Source of the DNA: a virus
Taxonomy: Duplodnaviria; Caudoviricetes
Length of the DNA stretch: 64,000 nt
IMG/VR virus record: IMGVR_UViG_2724679557_000005
Location: 26,522 to 90,521 of that record
Strand: one strand, 5' to 3'
How positions within the stretch are numbered: the stretch's first letter is position 1; each line of letters opens with the position of its first letter. Below, piece after piece: positions 29,164 to 39,521 of this stretch. Below the pieces are notes generated by a model. The model made no database searches. It saw nothing but the letters and a program-made list of their open reading frames with translations, and was not told where the DNA came from. The position numbers and the translations under genes are program-made.

Positions 29164-29454
29164 CTATTCTTGCTTATTTAATTGTTTAGCCGTTTGGTTA
29201 ATACCAACAGCTACTCCCCAGCATAACACACCTTGTAATGTACCATTCACAATAACATCTAATGTAACTCTATATTCTGTGTTAATTATACTTAATAATA
29301 TTGCAAAAGTAATACCAAATAGCATTAATATACTTGTTATATATTTATCTTGTATACTCTCTAACTTTTTAAGAAATATTCCAACTACATATATGCCAGC
29401 AATAACTATAAATAAACTTTCAGGTATAAACTGTACTAAATTTGTATATTCCAT
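29164..29454 (-). CDS. Phage holin
   Basis: 96 aa with three hydrophobic segments and QGVLCWGVAVGINQ; directly upstream of the lysin. Confidence 0.85.
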   Translation of the reverse strand: MEYTNLVQFIPESLFIVIAGIYVVGIFLKKLESIQDKYITSILMLFGITFAILLSIINTEYRVTLDVIVNGTLQGVLCWGVAVGINQTAKQLNKQE

Positions 29455-29455
29455 T

Positions 29456-29680
29456 TTACATTCCTCCTATTTTAGTTAAACTAAATAATATTCCTAATAT
29501 TCCAGTAAGTAGTCCACCTATTGCGGTTCTACTTATCCATTTAATTGTATCTTCTAAATCCTGTATCCTATGATTTGCCACTTTAATTTTTTCATCCCAA
29601 TTTTCAGAGTTTTTCTCTAAAAGGGTTTCTATTCTTACTAACCTTTCTTTAATTTCTAGTACAGTATCCGTTTCATTCAT
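29456..29680 (-). CDS. XhlA-like lysis-cassette protein
   Basis: EIKERLVRIET...RIQDLEDTIKWISR plus C-terminal TM; upstream of the holin. Confidence 0.75.
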   Translation of the reverse strand: MNETDTVLEIKERLVRIETLLEKNSENWDEKIKVANHRIQDLEDTIKWISRTAIGGLLTGILGILFSLTKIGGM

Positions 29681-29792
29681 CTGTCTACCTTCTTTCTTTA
29701 GCAACTAAAAAAGAGACTAGAATTAACTAATCTCTTAAAAATTCATATGCTGCTTGTATTCATATTTTATATTTTCAATTGAATTTTGAGCA

Positions 29793-29823
29793 TATATTTG
29801 TGTTCAAATCGGACACAAATATA
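29793..29823. repeat. parS-like palindrome, copy 1
   Basis: TTGTGTTCAAATCGGACACAA; 19/21 identical to 54518-54538. Confidence 0.6.
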
Positions 29824-29976
29824 AAATAATAATGCATAAATAAAAAAAGACTTATAAAAAGTCTTTTTTTATTATCTTAATATTTATTTTTGTTTTCAAA
29901 TCCTATGATCCTATTGCAAATTAAATTTCTGCAATAAAAAATAGATGCTATTTATATAACATCTATTATTATAGTA

Positions 29977-30306
29977 TTAATCTTTATTATCTGGTGTGAT
30001 TTCTTGTATATATTCATCATATAAATCATTTATATGATTAGTTAAACTTTTATAATCAACAATACTTCTTTTTGTCAATTCAGTTTTTAACTGTAAATTT
30101 ATTTTACCAATTATATAATCATCTATATTGGTTCCATATTGACATTCTGAAAGTGCTTCGTCATATTCTTTTATGTCTAATTCAATTGTAGTCATATGTT
30201 TTATTTTATTTTTTTTATATTCAATAGTAAAGTCTCTTTTCCACATTAATACAACACCCCTAAAATAGAATATTATAAGTATATTACCTATAAGTATCAT
30301 TGTCAA
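29977..30306 (-). CDS. Hypothetical moron protein
   Basis: ORF track; probable start at MWKRDF after AGGGG; own terminator. Confidence 0.55.
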   Translation of the reverse strand: MTMILIGNILIIFYFRGVVLMWKRDFTIEYKKNKIKHMTTIELDIKEYDEALSECQYGTNIDDYIIGKINLQLKTELTKRSIVDYKSLTNHINDLYDEYIQEITPDNKD

Positions 30307-30369
30307 TTGATTGGTAATATAAAATAGGTACTATATAAACATCGTCTATTTTTTAAGCTTTATTATTTT

Positions 30370-30654
30370 TTATTTCATTCCATAGTAAGGTTGCATGATA
30401 TACTCTCTTAAATCTATATCAAAATTATTTAAAAATTTAAAGTCACTTTCTTTTACCATAATTTTCTTAAAACCTTCATTTTCTATACTATTTCCGTAAT
30501 GATATTGACCAAAAGTCTTTACTGTTTTACTTATAGTTGGCTGAGGAATACATAATTTTTTAGAAATACTAACTTCATTCATTTTAATCTGATTATTTAT
30601 TCCTCTATACATATCATATATTTTATTAGCTTTTTTAAATTCTCCATAATACAC
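30370..30654 (-). CDS. Hypothetical protein with HTH-like segment
   Basis: GGAGG RBS; ISKKLCIPQPTISKTVK. Confidence 0.55.
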   Translation of the reverse strand: MYYGEFKKANKIYDMYRGINNQIKMNEVSISKKLCIPQPTISKTVKTFGQYHYGNSIENEGFKKIMVKESDFKFLNNFDIDLREYIMQPYYGMK

Positions 30655-30770
30655 CTCCTATATATTAGTATACAATTAAACTTTATATCTTATCAAATTA
30701 GTTCTATACGTTTTAAAAATTAATTGCTTTTTGTGAAACATAATATCAGATTATTATCCTTCATATTCAT

Positions 30771-30917
30771 TTAAGGTCTTACTTCTGTATATTCTACTTT
30801 AGTTATTTCAGTATATTGTTCTGTTGTTATTTTCTTATAACTTACAAAATCCCAAACGTCTGTATTATTGTAACATCCCCAACAAAAATATCTTTGTACT
30901 TTTTCAAACCAATTCAT
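30771..30917 (-). CDS. XkdX-family small protein (48 aa), not in ORF track
   Basis: MNWFEKVQRYFCWGCY...VWDFV..KKITTEQYTEIT; follows the tail fibre chaperone. Confidence 0.75.
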   Translation of the reverse strand: MNWFEKVQRYFCWGCYNNTDVWDFVSYKKITTEQYTEITKVEYTEVRP

Positions 30918-31231
30918 TATACATTACCTCCTAAAGCTATTTGTTTTGTTAAATCTGCTAAATCTTTTTGTAATTGCTCTATAGCTAAATCTTTCTTAGC
31001 CATTTCTTTTGTATTTTGCGCAAGTTCTTCTTGTAGTAATTCAATTTGGCTTTTTGGTATATCTTCTAAAATAATATTGTGTGGAATTGCAGACGTATCT
31101 ATCTTTTTAAATCTTTTTCCTTCAGGGATCTCTATTTCTAAAAATTGTACTTCATTTTTGGGAATAGGATATCCCTCACTCATTTGTGAATATATTTTTC
31201 CTTCATTATCATAAATTATCAATGTTTTCAT
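30917..31231 (-). CDS. Tail fibre accessory (XkdW-like) protein
   Basis: MKTLIIYDNEGKI start after GGAGG; coiled-coil C-terminus; position between fibre gene and XkdX. Confidence 0.6.
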   Translation of the reverse strand: MKTLIIYDNEGKIYSQMSEGYPIPKNEVQFLEIEIPEGKRFKKIDTSAIPHNIILEDIPKSQIELLQEELAQNTKEMAKKDLAIEQLQKDLADLTKQIALGGNV

Positions 31232-31247
31232 ATTAATTCCTCCTTTT

Positions 31248-32081
31248 TTAGTCCCCAACGACAAGCCATTGAAGTGTATAATTGCCATTATATTCTTTTG
31301 GAAAATAAAATGGCATTACAGCTCTATTATATTCCACATAATTTGATGAACTAGGCACAATAACGCTACCTGTAATAGTTCCTCCTGAATAAGATCCATT
31401 TCTATTAAAAATAAAATAGTTATTATAAAAAATAGACATAGATAACGCTATATTACTATTTGATTCAAAATTTGATATTAAAACTGAAAAAATATGAGTA
31501 GGTATAAAATTAAATCCTGTTATTGTGATATCTGTTCTCCAATAATGATTACCTTCTGAAAAAACAACTGGTGTACTACCAACAACACATTTTTTCCCAC
31601 CCATTCCAGCTATACTTATATTTCCTATTTTAGAAACTAAACTAGCTAAAGCTTCATTTCCACTAGCATCAACATTTTTAGATTTTAATGTAGATGCAGC
31701 ATTATTTTTAATTCCTTGTATACTATTTACAGCTTCGTCTTTATTTTGTGTACCTGTTACAGGATTGCCGACAACTCCTGCTATTCCTTTTTTGTAGTTA
31801 TCGGCTCCTGTAAAAGCCTCGTTCGCTCTATCCATTACTAATTTTACAGCTAATGGGGTAGCTGCTTCTGTTTGACTTATACTATTAGTAGCATTATTTA
31901 ATTTAACTATTCCTTTAGTTGTTGTAGTTCCATCTGCAATTTTAATATTATCTACTTTGTTCGCAATATCTTTCATTTGTTCAGCAACTGTAGTAGATCC
32001 ATTCTTAACTACGGATGCATTAGTATGAGGATAATAGATATTCCCATCACTATCTTGAATTTCTATATTTTTTATTGACAC
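31248..32081 (-). CDS. Tail fibre protein
   Basis: TTTKGIVKL..AT...AATPLAVK tail-fibre repeat. Confidence 0.8.
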   Translation of the reverse strand: MSIKNIEIQDSDGNIYYPHTNASVVKNGSTTVAEQMKDIANKVDNIKIADGTTTTKGIVKLNNATNSISQTEAATPLAVKLVMDRANEAFTGADNYKKGIAGVVGNPVTGTQNKDEAVNSIQGIKNNAASTLKSKNVDASGNEALASLVSKIGNISIAGMGGKKCVVGSTPVVFSEGNHYWRTDITITGFNFIPTHIFSVLISNFESNSNIALSMSIFYNNYFIFNRNGSYSGGTITGSVIVPSSSNYVEYNRAVMPFYFPKEYNGNYTLQWLVVGD

Positions 32082-32094
32082 TTATATCCACCTC

Positions 32095-32691
32095 CTAAAC
32101 AGTTTTAAAAAATAATTTTACTTGTGTACTATTGGCATAAGTTGCACCAACTCTAACATTTTCACCACTATCCCCTTTATCACCTTTGGGTCCTTGTGCT
32201 CCTTGAGGTCCTCTATCTCCCGTGGCTCCCTTAGCTCCAGCATCACCCTTTGGTCCTTGTGCTCCAGTTGCCCCTCTTTCACCTGTTGTTCCTTTACTAG
32301 AAATAAGTTCCCATTTTGATGTATCTGTAACTACAGCATTAGTGTTAGATGCTTTACAAGCATACGTATTTCCTCCAGAAGTAACTAAGTCTACATAGCT
32401 TCCATCATTAACATATGCTGTACTTGAACTCCAAGCTCCTTTAAGTCTCATAGATACGCCTTTAGCACCTTGCGGACCAGTTGCACCTTTATCCCCAGTA
32501 TTTCCTTTATCTCCCTTAGGACCTTGTATACCTTGGTCACCCTTGTCACCTTTTAAACTTCCATTATTTAATTTTTGTTGGAATGTTTGGCCATCCGAAA
32601 ATGTAACGCAATCTGCTGATGTTAATACATCTACTTCCTTTACTACTGCTCCTGTTTTTTCATCTAGTAACTGCACTCTTACTTTTTCCAC
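32095..32691 (-). CDS. Collagen-like tail protein with a central carbohydrate-binding-like module
   Basis: Two Gly-X-Y tracts flanking GAWSSSTAY...DLVT.GG.TY.C...W. Confidence 0.75.
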   Translation of the reverse strand: MEKVRVQLLDEKTGAVVKEVDVLTSADCVTFSDGQTFQQKLNNGSLKGDKGDQGIQGPKGDKGNTGDKGATGPQGAKGVSMRLKGAWSSSTAYVNDGSYVDLVTSGGNTYACKASNTNAVVTDTSKWELISSKGTTGERGATGAQGPKGDAGAKGATGDRGPQGAQGPKGDKGDSGENVRVGATYANSTQVKLFFKTV

Positions 32692-32705
32692 TTTTATCTC
32701 CCTTT

Positions 32706-33362
32706 CTATTCATTAATTATTTTAATTCCCATTTGAGGACTCACCTTCATATTATTACTTATACCCGTATTTACTACATCTGTTATCTTAAAATATAAAG
32801 TTTTATTATCTCTCTCATTTATATCTGGTAGTGTTTCGCTAATAACTAAATTAATCTTATCTTTTATTTGTTTATTAAGCTCATTAACTCTCAAACTTAC
32901 TTCTTCAATTTCTTTTTTCTTAGCAAAAATAATAGTTGGATCTATTTTTAGATTGATGCTAGATGTATTAGATACAGCTAACACCATTTTTATGTTTATT
33001 TCTTTAGTGCTACCATCAGAAGCTGTGGGTTTATAAGTTTCAGCACATTTGGCTATAGCTAACATATTATTATCTTTATCAAAAACACCATATTCTCTAA
33101 TCATAAAGCCACCATCAGTAGGCGGTATTAGTACCTCTATATTAATCCAGTTTGGATTATCATCATCTACTGATACATGTCCTATATTGCATTCCCAAAC
33201 AGTATTTATTAAGTCCAGCTGAGTTTCAATCGGATTATAATACTTTCCCCCTCCATCCCCTACTTTCATTTTCACAAAATCAATTTTTGTTCCTAGACCT
33301 AAACTATTCGCTATTTTAGCTTTTCCAATGCTTGTTAATATTGAATAAAATTTTTCATCCAT
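32706..33362 (-). CDS. Tail-collar fibre protein (DUF3751-like)
   Basis: FYSILTSIGKAKIA, GDGGG, GGFMIREYG, ETYKP motifs. Confidence 0.8.
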   Translation of the reverse strand: MDEKFYSILTSIGKAKIANSLGLGTKIDFVKMKVGDGGGKYYNPIETQLDLINTVWECNIGHVSVDDDNPNWINIEVLIPPTDGGFMIREYGVFDKDNNMLAIAKCAETYKPTASDGSTKEINIKMVLAVSNTSSINLKIDPTIIFAKKKEIEEVSLRVNELNKQIKDKINLVISETLPDINERDNKTLYFKITDVVNTGISNNMKVSPQMGIKIINE

Positions 33363-34021
33363 TAAATCTCCTCCTTGGGATACGTTACTATATTTTCATT
33401 TCCTGCACTCTGTGCTATAGGAATTATTACATTTGTTTTATTACTAATATCATGTGGCACCCAGGGATAAACCACTATATCCTCTCCTGTAATGCCTATA
33501 GCACCAATGTATAAATCCCCTTTTGTTGTAAAAAATATATTTATTAGTTCTATCCATGAACGTGTATTTTTATATGCATTAATTAAAGTATCAAGTTTCT
33601 TTAAATCTTCTGGTGATGCACCTCTTTCCGTAATATCTATATCTAAACTAAAAAAGAATGGTTTGCCATCATATTCAAACCATTCTTTTAATTTAGTTTT
33701 ACCGAAAACAGTGCTAGCTGAATCTATTACAGATTGTGGAGTTCCTTTAATCTTATGAAGTAGTATTGATTTTTTAACTAATTCTCTTTTTTGATCTAAT
33801 GATAATGTATAGTCATAAAAATCTACATGAAATTGCCAGGCTAACGAATCAATAGCTTCTTCATTAAGTTCATCAATTCTTCCATAAATATAAACAAGCC
33901 TTACACTATCACTTAATTTTTGAAAATATGGATTAAGTGCTTTACATAAAGCTTGTACAAATATATCTTTCTGTAGATATGAAGTCTGCAAACTTAATAA
34001 ATCAATTTTACTAAGATTCAT
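33362..34021 (-). CDS. P2 gpI-like baseplate/tail protein
   Basis: LAWQFHVDFYD, HKIKGT, EWFEYDG motifs. Confidence 0.85.
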   Translation of the reverse strand: MNLSKIDLLSLQTSYLQKDIFVQALCKALNPYFQKLSDSVRLVYIYGRIDELNEEAIDSLAWQFHVDFYDYTLSLDQKRELVKKSILLHKIKGTPQSVIDSASTVFGKTKLKEWFEYDGKPFFFSLDIDITERGASPEDLKKLDTLINAYKNTRSWIELINIFFTTKGDLYIGAIGITGEDIVVYPWVPHDISNKTNVIIPIAQSAGNENIVTYPKEEI

Positions 34022-35172
34022 TATTCCATTCCTCCATAATTAATATTTATATTTTTAACTTTAGCTAACTGTTCTTCTGTTAATTCTGAATATTTAGGAG
34101 ATGTTATTAAAATTCTTCTTACTCCTGATATTCTCTTATTTTCAACTTCATAACTTGCAGCATCTTGAATTTTATATCTTAATTCATCTGGATTAATAGA
34201 TTTACCAATAAAATCTTGTTGCCATAAAATAAAATCTCTTATAGCTCCATCTTTAAAATCAAGATTATTTCCTTCTATGGATTTTCTCCATTTTCTTTCA
34301 TATGTAGATAAATTTTTATCTACATAATAAGTTAAATCAATATCATAATTAATTACTTCTGGAACTCCTGTTATAACATTATCTGTTAGTGGTCTAACAT
34401 CTCTAGCAGAACATTTATTTAATATTTTATCTAATATATCTTTACTTGGAATTTCACCATTGTCTACAGTAGCTAATATTTTAACAGTCCCTGGACTAGG
34501 AGATGTAACTTTTATTGATGAAATAGAATTGTCTGAAGAATATGCTAAATATTCATATGCTCCTGTTGGTCCTGCTGTGCTTTCACTTTCTAATTCAAGT
34601 CGTGCTCTTTCCCTAAAAGATGCATTATCCTCTATGTCTGAACCAGAATTTGATATTTCTATATTATAAATTTCAGATACATATGGGATTGGATCAACCA
34701 ATCTATTAATACTTCCAACTTTATATCCGTTATACTTATCACCTGTTGAAGCTGCTATCAGTTTTAAGTATGACTGCATTTCACCAGCTTTAATAATTGC
34801 ATCTTCTTTTACTTTAAACATTGCAATTCCGTCTGGTGTAACCTTAGTTCCACTTGGAATAATTATATCTTGTAACTGTAATTGTGATAACTTAACTATT
34901 CCATTACAAACAGATTCGGTTGGTTTTAATCTTTCAGTATTATGATATTCTTTTGCAATAGTATCTAGTTTTTCATCTCTAGCAAATTCAAGTAAATTTT
35001 GATTGGCAGTATCATTAATATCATTATTTATAGCAACAATAATAGGCATAAGTGATCTTATAAATAGTGTTCTTTCATCACCTTCAGCCAAAGTTTCGCC
35101 AAGCTCTGTTTCAATTATAGATAATACATTATTAAAAATTTCATCAGGATTAGTTTTAACAAAATCAATCAA
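34021..35172 (-). CDS. Baseplate J protein
   Basis: STAGPTGAYEY, SPSPGTV, VRPLTD motifs. Confidence 0.88.
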   Translation of the reverse strand: MIDFVKTNPDEIFNNVLSIIETELGETLAEGDERTLFIRSLMPIIVAINNDINDTANQNLLEFARDEKLDTIAKEYHNTERLKPTESVCNGIVKLSQLQLQDIIIPSGTKVTPDGIAMFKVKEDAIIKAGEMQSYLKLIAASTGDKYNGYKVGSINRLVDPIPYVSEIYNIEISNSGSDIEDNASFRERARLELESESTAGPTGAYEYLAYSSDNSISSIKVTSPSPGTVKILATVDNGEIPSKDILDKILNKCSARDVRPLTDNVITGVPEVINYDIDLTYYVDKNLSTYERKWRKSIEGNNLDFKDGAIRDFILWQQDFIGKSINPDELRYKIQDAASYEVENKRISGVRRILITSPKYSELTEEQLAKVKNININYGGME

Positions 35173-35461
35173 TTGTCACCACCACCTTTATAAATGGATT
35201 AACTTCATCAGTCACAGTAACTTTCTTTACTGTGACTCTAGGTTCATATTTTTGTATTAAATCGTAAGTTTCTTCAATTAATTTATATCTACTTCTTGCA
35301 ATTGTTAAATCTATATTTTCTAAATCTCTGCCCATATTTCTAGCATAAGGAACCTCATTTTTTATTAGATTTAATATGTTATTTACATTTTGTAATATTT
35401 TTTTGTTTCCTTTAGCATTCCAATTAATTAATTGTTCATCAGAACATATTGTATAATTCAT
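35165..35461 (-). CDS. Baseplate gpW/gp25-like protein
   Basis: ILQNV..IL...EVPY.R..G and YEPRV motifs. Confidence 0.75.
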   Translation of the reverse strand: MNYTICSDEQLINWNAKGNKKILQNVNNILNLIKNEVPYARNMGRDLENIDLTIARSRYKLIEETYDLIQKYEPRVTVKKVTVTDEVNPFIKVVVTID

Positions 35462-35476
35462 ATTTTTTCACCCTTA

Positions 35477-35902
35477 TTAACTAGTAGTATTTTCTTTTTT
35501 TACTCCAGCTCGTGGATACTCTTTAAATGTTAATGTTAATGTTAACTTTATTAATTTACCATTAGGATAATATACATAATTAGATGGTGATACTCCTATC
35601 AATAAAAATTTATTATTAGATACAGGGTCATTTCCTAAAAATAACATATGAGGTATTTTAGAATACATTATATCTTTCCATTCCTTAAATTCAGTATCAC
35701 AATCTATTGTGTTAGACTGATTTAATATTAAATCAAAACTTGGATTTTCATTATTTATTCCTTTAATATATATAGAAGGCTTATCTCCATCAACCTCCTG
35801 TTCCTCTATATTTAACCCTAAATCATTTGAAACATTGCTAAATGTATATATTTTATCTTGACTAACTTCAAATATCTTATCTCCAAAGCCACCTAATGAC
35901 AT
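35477..35902 (-). CDS. P2 gpU-like tail protein
   Basis: GGFGDKIFEVS start, LTFKEY end; synteny. Confidence 0.7.
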   Translation of the reverse strand: MSLGGFGDKIFEVSQDKIYTFSNVSNDLGLNIEEQEVDGDKPSIYIKGINNENPSFDLILNQSNTIDCDTEFKEWKDIMYSKIPHMLFLGNDPVSNNKFLLIGVSPSNYVYYPNGKLIKLTLTLTFKEYPRAGVKKENTTS

Positions 35903-36147
35903 TAATTATCCTCCCACTTTCCAATAACACTTAATCCTTTGATACTATTGTTAAATGAAACAATTACAGAATCATTAATACTATATATCGGAGTATATTC
36001 ACAACCTATATGAGTAATATCTCCAATTTTAATTTTACATTTTTGTGGAGAAATATTAATCCAATCAGATACAACATTATCTATATCTTTTATAGTTACT
36101 TTTATTTTATTTTCACTAACATCAGTTACAGTAGCTTTCTTAATCAT
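35902..36147 (-). CDS. Short baseplate spike (gpV N-terminal-like) protein
   Basis: KVTIKDIDNVVSDWI; position after the hub gene. Confidence 0.5.
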   Translation of the reverse strand: MIKKATVTDVSENKIKVTIKDIDNVVSDWINISPQKCKIKIGDITHIGCEYTPIYSINDSVIVSFNNSIKGLSVIGKWEDN

Positions 36148-37061
36148 TTATATTCCTCCAGTATCTTTCTAACTTTTAGCTTAGTCTTTCCATCTATAAT
36201 AGATGTGTTCAACTCTTCAACTATATATTTTCCACTAAATAATGATAATTCTTCTATATTTAAAGTACTTCCTGCTGCAATCTTAGTATTCTTTATTACT
36301 GTAAATGTTCCATAAATCTCATTTTTATTAAATGATTTTAATATATTTTTAGAAAATCTATCAGCTTCTCCAATAGAATAAACTGGTAAGTTATTAATGT
36401 ATAATAAATTATCTATAGAATTATCTACTATATAACTTCCTTCTATATAATCTTCCTCATTTGAACGTATGATGCAACCACCATAAATATAGTTTGATGT
36501 ACATTCAAATTTATGTTTTCCTATAAAATCTTTTGGAGTTAAAGTTAATGCTGCTGTTTGTTTTTCTAAAAATGATGATGATATTATAACAGCCTTATTA
36601 TTGGTTATTTTTAATATATATCCTTCTAAAGTACATCTCTGTTTAAGAAATTCTATATTATTCATTTCTATCTGATCTACTCTTTTATATTTAAAATCTT
36701 TTATTTCATAAGTTTCTAATGTTAATCCTAATGATTGAACTAAATCATTTGCTAAATATTTAAATGTAACATTCTCCCAAGTTCTTGTATGTTTTGTTTT
36801 AAAATTCTTCTTTATTGATAAAGCTCTAACAGTATATGTTCCATTACTTAATCCAAAACAATCAACATACATTGTTCCAGTTGAATATCCTTCTTCAACA
36901 ATTTCAATTGTATGACCTTTCTTAAAGTGCCATGCTCTACACTCATTATTAATATCAGCAAAAGTAATGTCTATAGTGTCAGCTTTTGTTTTTATATTAT
37001 CTGTAATATTACAACTAGTTACATTTAAATCAATCTCTTTTCCTTCATATATAACTTTCAT
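36144..37061 (-). CDS. Baseplate hub / late control D-like protein
   Basis: ITDN...ADTIDITF, RTWENVT, RVDQ motifs; synteny. Confidence 0.75.
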   Translation of the reverse strand: MKVIYEGKEIDLNVTSCNITDNIKTKADTIDITFADINNECRAWHFKKGHTIEIVEEGYSTGTMYVDCFGLSNGTYTVRALSIKKNFKTKHTRTWENVTFKYLANDLVQSLGLTLETYEIKDFKYKRVDQIEMNNIEFLKQRCTLEGYILKITNNKAVIISSSFLEKQTAALTLTPKDFIGKHKFECTSNYIYGGCIIRSNEEDYIEGSYIVDNSIDNLLYINNLPVYSIGEADRFSKNILKSFNKNEIYGTFTVIKNTKIAAGSTLNIEELSLFSGKYIVEELNTSIIDGKTKLKVRKILEEYK

Positions 37062-37065
37062 AAAA

Positions 37066-37263
37066 TCACTTCCATGGTGGTAATGTAGACTCTTCTTTTA
37101 TATCTATTTTAGGTATTTTAACTATAACTCCACTTTCAAAAATTATAGTTCTTATTAAGTATGGATTAACTTTCATTATCTCAACAGAATATTTTTCATT
37201 TCCTAATAAATTAAAGGAGATACTATCAAAAGTATCTCCTGTTTTAGTTATATAGCTATTCAT
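37066..37263 (-). CDS. Tail protein X
   Basis: YITKTGDTFDSIS...NP...LPPWK. Confidence 0.8.
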   Translation of the reverse strand: MNSYITKTGDTFDSISFNLLGNEKYSVEIMKVNPYLIRTIIFESGVIVKIPKIDIKEESTLPPWK

Positions 37264-39517
37264 AAGCAACCCTCTCTTCTTCTTCAAAAGTTTGGATAAC
37301 CCACTCTTTAAAATCTTCAAAATTTTGTTTTAAAAGTGCTACAGTGTCATTATCAACTTTTCCTGTTATTTGTGGTGAATATACAAATGTATTTCCTGTT
37401 CTCTTTTCTTTATTAGCTCCTATAGCTCCAGCTGTTTTTTCTAATAAACTTAAACTACGAGGATTATTTCTTTTCAAAGGTATTACAGCTTCTGGTCCTT
37501 CTTCTCCAGCGATACTTACTCCATTTGTAATTCCGCCCTTTGCAAGAAGCGGTATTTCAGGTATACTTGATCCAAAATGTTTTCCACCACCTGCCCAATC
37601 AGGAACCCAATCAGGTATATCTATGCTTATAGAATTTATTCCAGCAATAGCTCCATTTATCAATCCAATTACAGCATTAATAGGTGCCTTTGCTACATCT
37701 TTTATTCCATTAAATATTCCTGAGAATGTTTCTACTATTCCCTGCCAAGCAAGCGACCAATTTCCACTAAATACTCCAGTTATAAAATCTATAACACCTT
37801 GAAAAATAGCAAATGAATTAGTTATTATATTTCCTATAAATTGAAAAGCATTTACTACTATATTTTTAATAGATGAAAATGCTGCTATAAAAAGAGGTGC
37901 TAATACACTTGCTATCCATTGAATAAATGGCCATAAAACACTATTCCAAAAATTTAATACACTATTTACAAGTGATTGTATTGCTGGTAAAAGTGAACTT
38001 TGAAACCATGATACAATACTAGATATTGATGAATTAATAAAATTTCTAAATGATTCACATTTCATGTAAAGTAATGTTCCTATCGCTATTATAGCTCCTA
38101 TTGCTAAAGCAATCCATCCTATGGGACCCATTATAAATGCCATAGCTTCACCAAGCGTAGCTGCTCCCCCTGATACTGAAGAAAAAGCAAATACTATATT
38201 AGAAACTACACCAGATAATTTACCAACTTTTTCAGTTATTGTAGCTATTTTGTTAGCTATTGATAATGTTGAAATAGCTGCCCCTATACCTAATATAATA
38301 GGAATAAAATTACTAATTATTTCAAATGCTTTTGGTGCATTATCAATAATAAAACTAAATACTTTCGCAAAATTACCAATAAACTTTTCTGCAAATTCTT
38401 CTATTTTAGGTCTTAACTCTTTTAATTTTGTTTGCATATTTTCTAATGCAGCATTTATATTAGGTGCAAATTTATCTATTATTTCTATTGCTGTATTTGA
38501 AATTATGTTAATTAATTTTTTAAAGTTACCAATTAAAGTCTTATCTATAGTTTTTGCAGCTTCATCTAGTGATCCATCAGTATCTTTTAAATCCTCTGTT
38601 AATGCAATTAAATTTTCATCTGTTGCATTCATTAATTTATTAAAAGCATCTAATTGATTCTTACCAGCTATCATAGAAATATAAGTATTTCTTTGTTCCT
38701 CAGTCATTCCCGAGAGTTTTCCTTTTAAATCAAATAAAAATTCACTCATATTTCTTACATTTCCACTACTATCAAATAGGCTTATATTAAGTTTATCCAT
38801 AGCTTCTTTAGCTTGACCTGTTTTACCCATAAGATTTACAAATATTGCAGATAGTGAATTCCCAGCTTCAGAACCTTTTAAACCCTGGTCTGCTAATTTA
38901 TCCAATATTGCAGTACTTTCATTAAGTGGAATATTATAGTTTTTTATTGTTCCACCTACTGTAAGATATGAATCTAACAGATTTTCCATAGTAGCATTTC
39001 CTTTTGTTTGAGCTAATGCTAATGTATTAGTATACTTAGTTGTATCTTGAGCTTTAAGTCCTAATGCACTTAAAGAATCTGTTATTTTATCAGAACAAAC
39101 AGCTAGATCCATTTGTCCAACTATACTTGATTGTACTATTTCATTAATATGTTCTAAAGAATCAGATGAATTCCATCCTGCTAGTGCTAAATAATTAAAT
39201 CCATCCATTATTTCTTTAGAATTCTTGCTCATAACATCAGATAATTCCATAGATTTTTTCTTATATGATTCCATTATTTCTGGTGTTGAATTTTTACCAA
39301 GAGTAGCATTTACATTAGCAGCTGATTGTTCAAAATTTGCAAATGATTTTACACCTACAACCGACATAGCTGTTACAGCACCAGCAGTAACTTTAGCTAG
39401 TTTTGTAAACTTGTCCATTGCTCCTGAAGCAAGACTATTAATTTTAGCAAAAGAACTTTGAACACTGGGTTCTAATATTCCGCCTATATTTATAGTAGTT
39501 TTAATACTACTTGCCAT
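37256..39517 (-). CDS. Tape measure protein (TP901 type)
   Basis: YLALAGW, GLKGSEAG, W/F-periodic repeats, IPLLAKGG..AGEEGPEAVIPL. Confidence 0.92.
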   Translation of the reverse strand: MASSIKTTINIGGILEPSVQSSFAKINSLASGAMDKFTKLAKVTAGAVTAMSVVGVKSFANFEQSAANVNATLGKNSTPEIMESYKKKSMELSDVMSKNSKEIMDGFNYLALAGWNSSDSLEHINEIVQSSIVGQMDLAVCSDKITDSLSALGLKAQDTTKYTNTLALAQTKGNATMENLLDSYLTVGGTIKNYNIPLNESTAILDKLADQGLKGSEAGNSLSAIFVNLMGKTGQAKEAMDKLNISLFDSSGNVRNMSEFLFDLKGKLSGMTEEQRNTYISMIAGKNQLDAFNKLMNATDENLIALTEDLKDTDGSLDEAAKTIDKTLIGNFKKLINIISNTAIEIIDKFAPNINAALENMQTKLKELRPKIEEFAEKFIGNFAKVFSFIIDNAPKAFEIISNFIPIILGIGAAISTLSIANKIATITEKVGKLSGVVSNIVFAFSSVSGGAATLGEAMAFIMGPIGWIALAIGAIIAIGTLLYMKCESFRNFINSSISSIVSWFQSSLLPAIQSLVNSVLNFWNSVLWPFIQWIASVLAPLFIAAFSSIKNIVVNAFQFIGNIITNSFAIFQGVIDFITGVFSGNWSLAWQGIVETFSGIFNGIKDVAKAPINAVIGLINGAIAGINSISIDIPDWVPDWAGGGKHFGSSIPEIPLLAKGGITNGVSIAGEEGPEAVIPLKRNNPRSLSLLEKTAGAIGANKEKRTGNTFVYSPQITGKVDNDTVALLKQNFEDFKEWVIQTFEEEERVAYE

Positions 39518-39521
39518 GGCA

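Noticed and set aside
29700-32100. Diversity-generating retroelement or invertible tail-fibre cassette
   Set aside because: No reverse transcriptase, invertase or TR/VR-like duplicated segment seen.
32160-32560. GC-rich repetitive tract as foreign DNA or a repeat element
   Set aside because: Explained by collagen Gly-X-Y codons.
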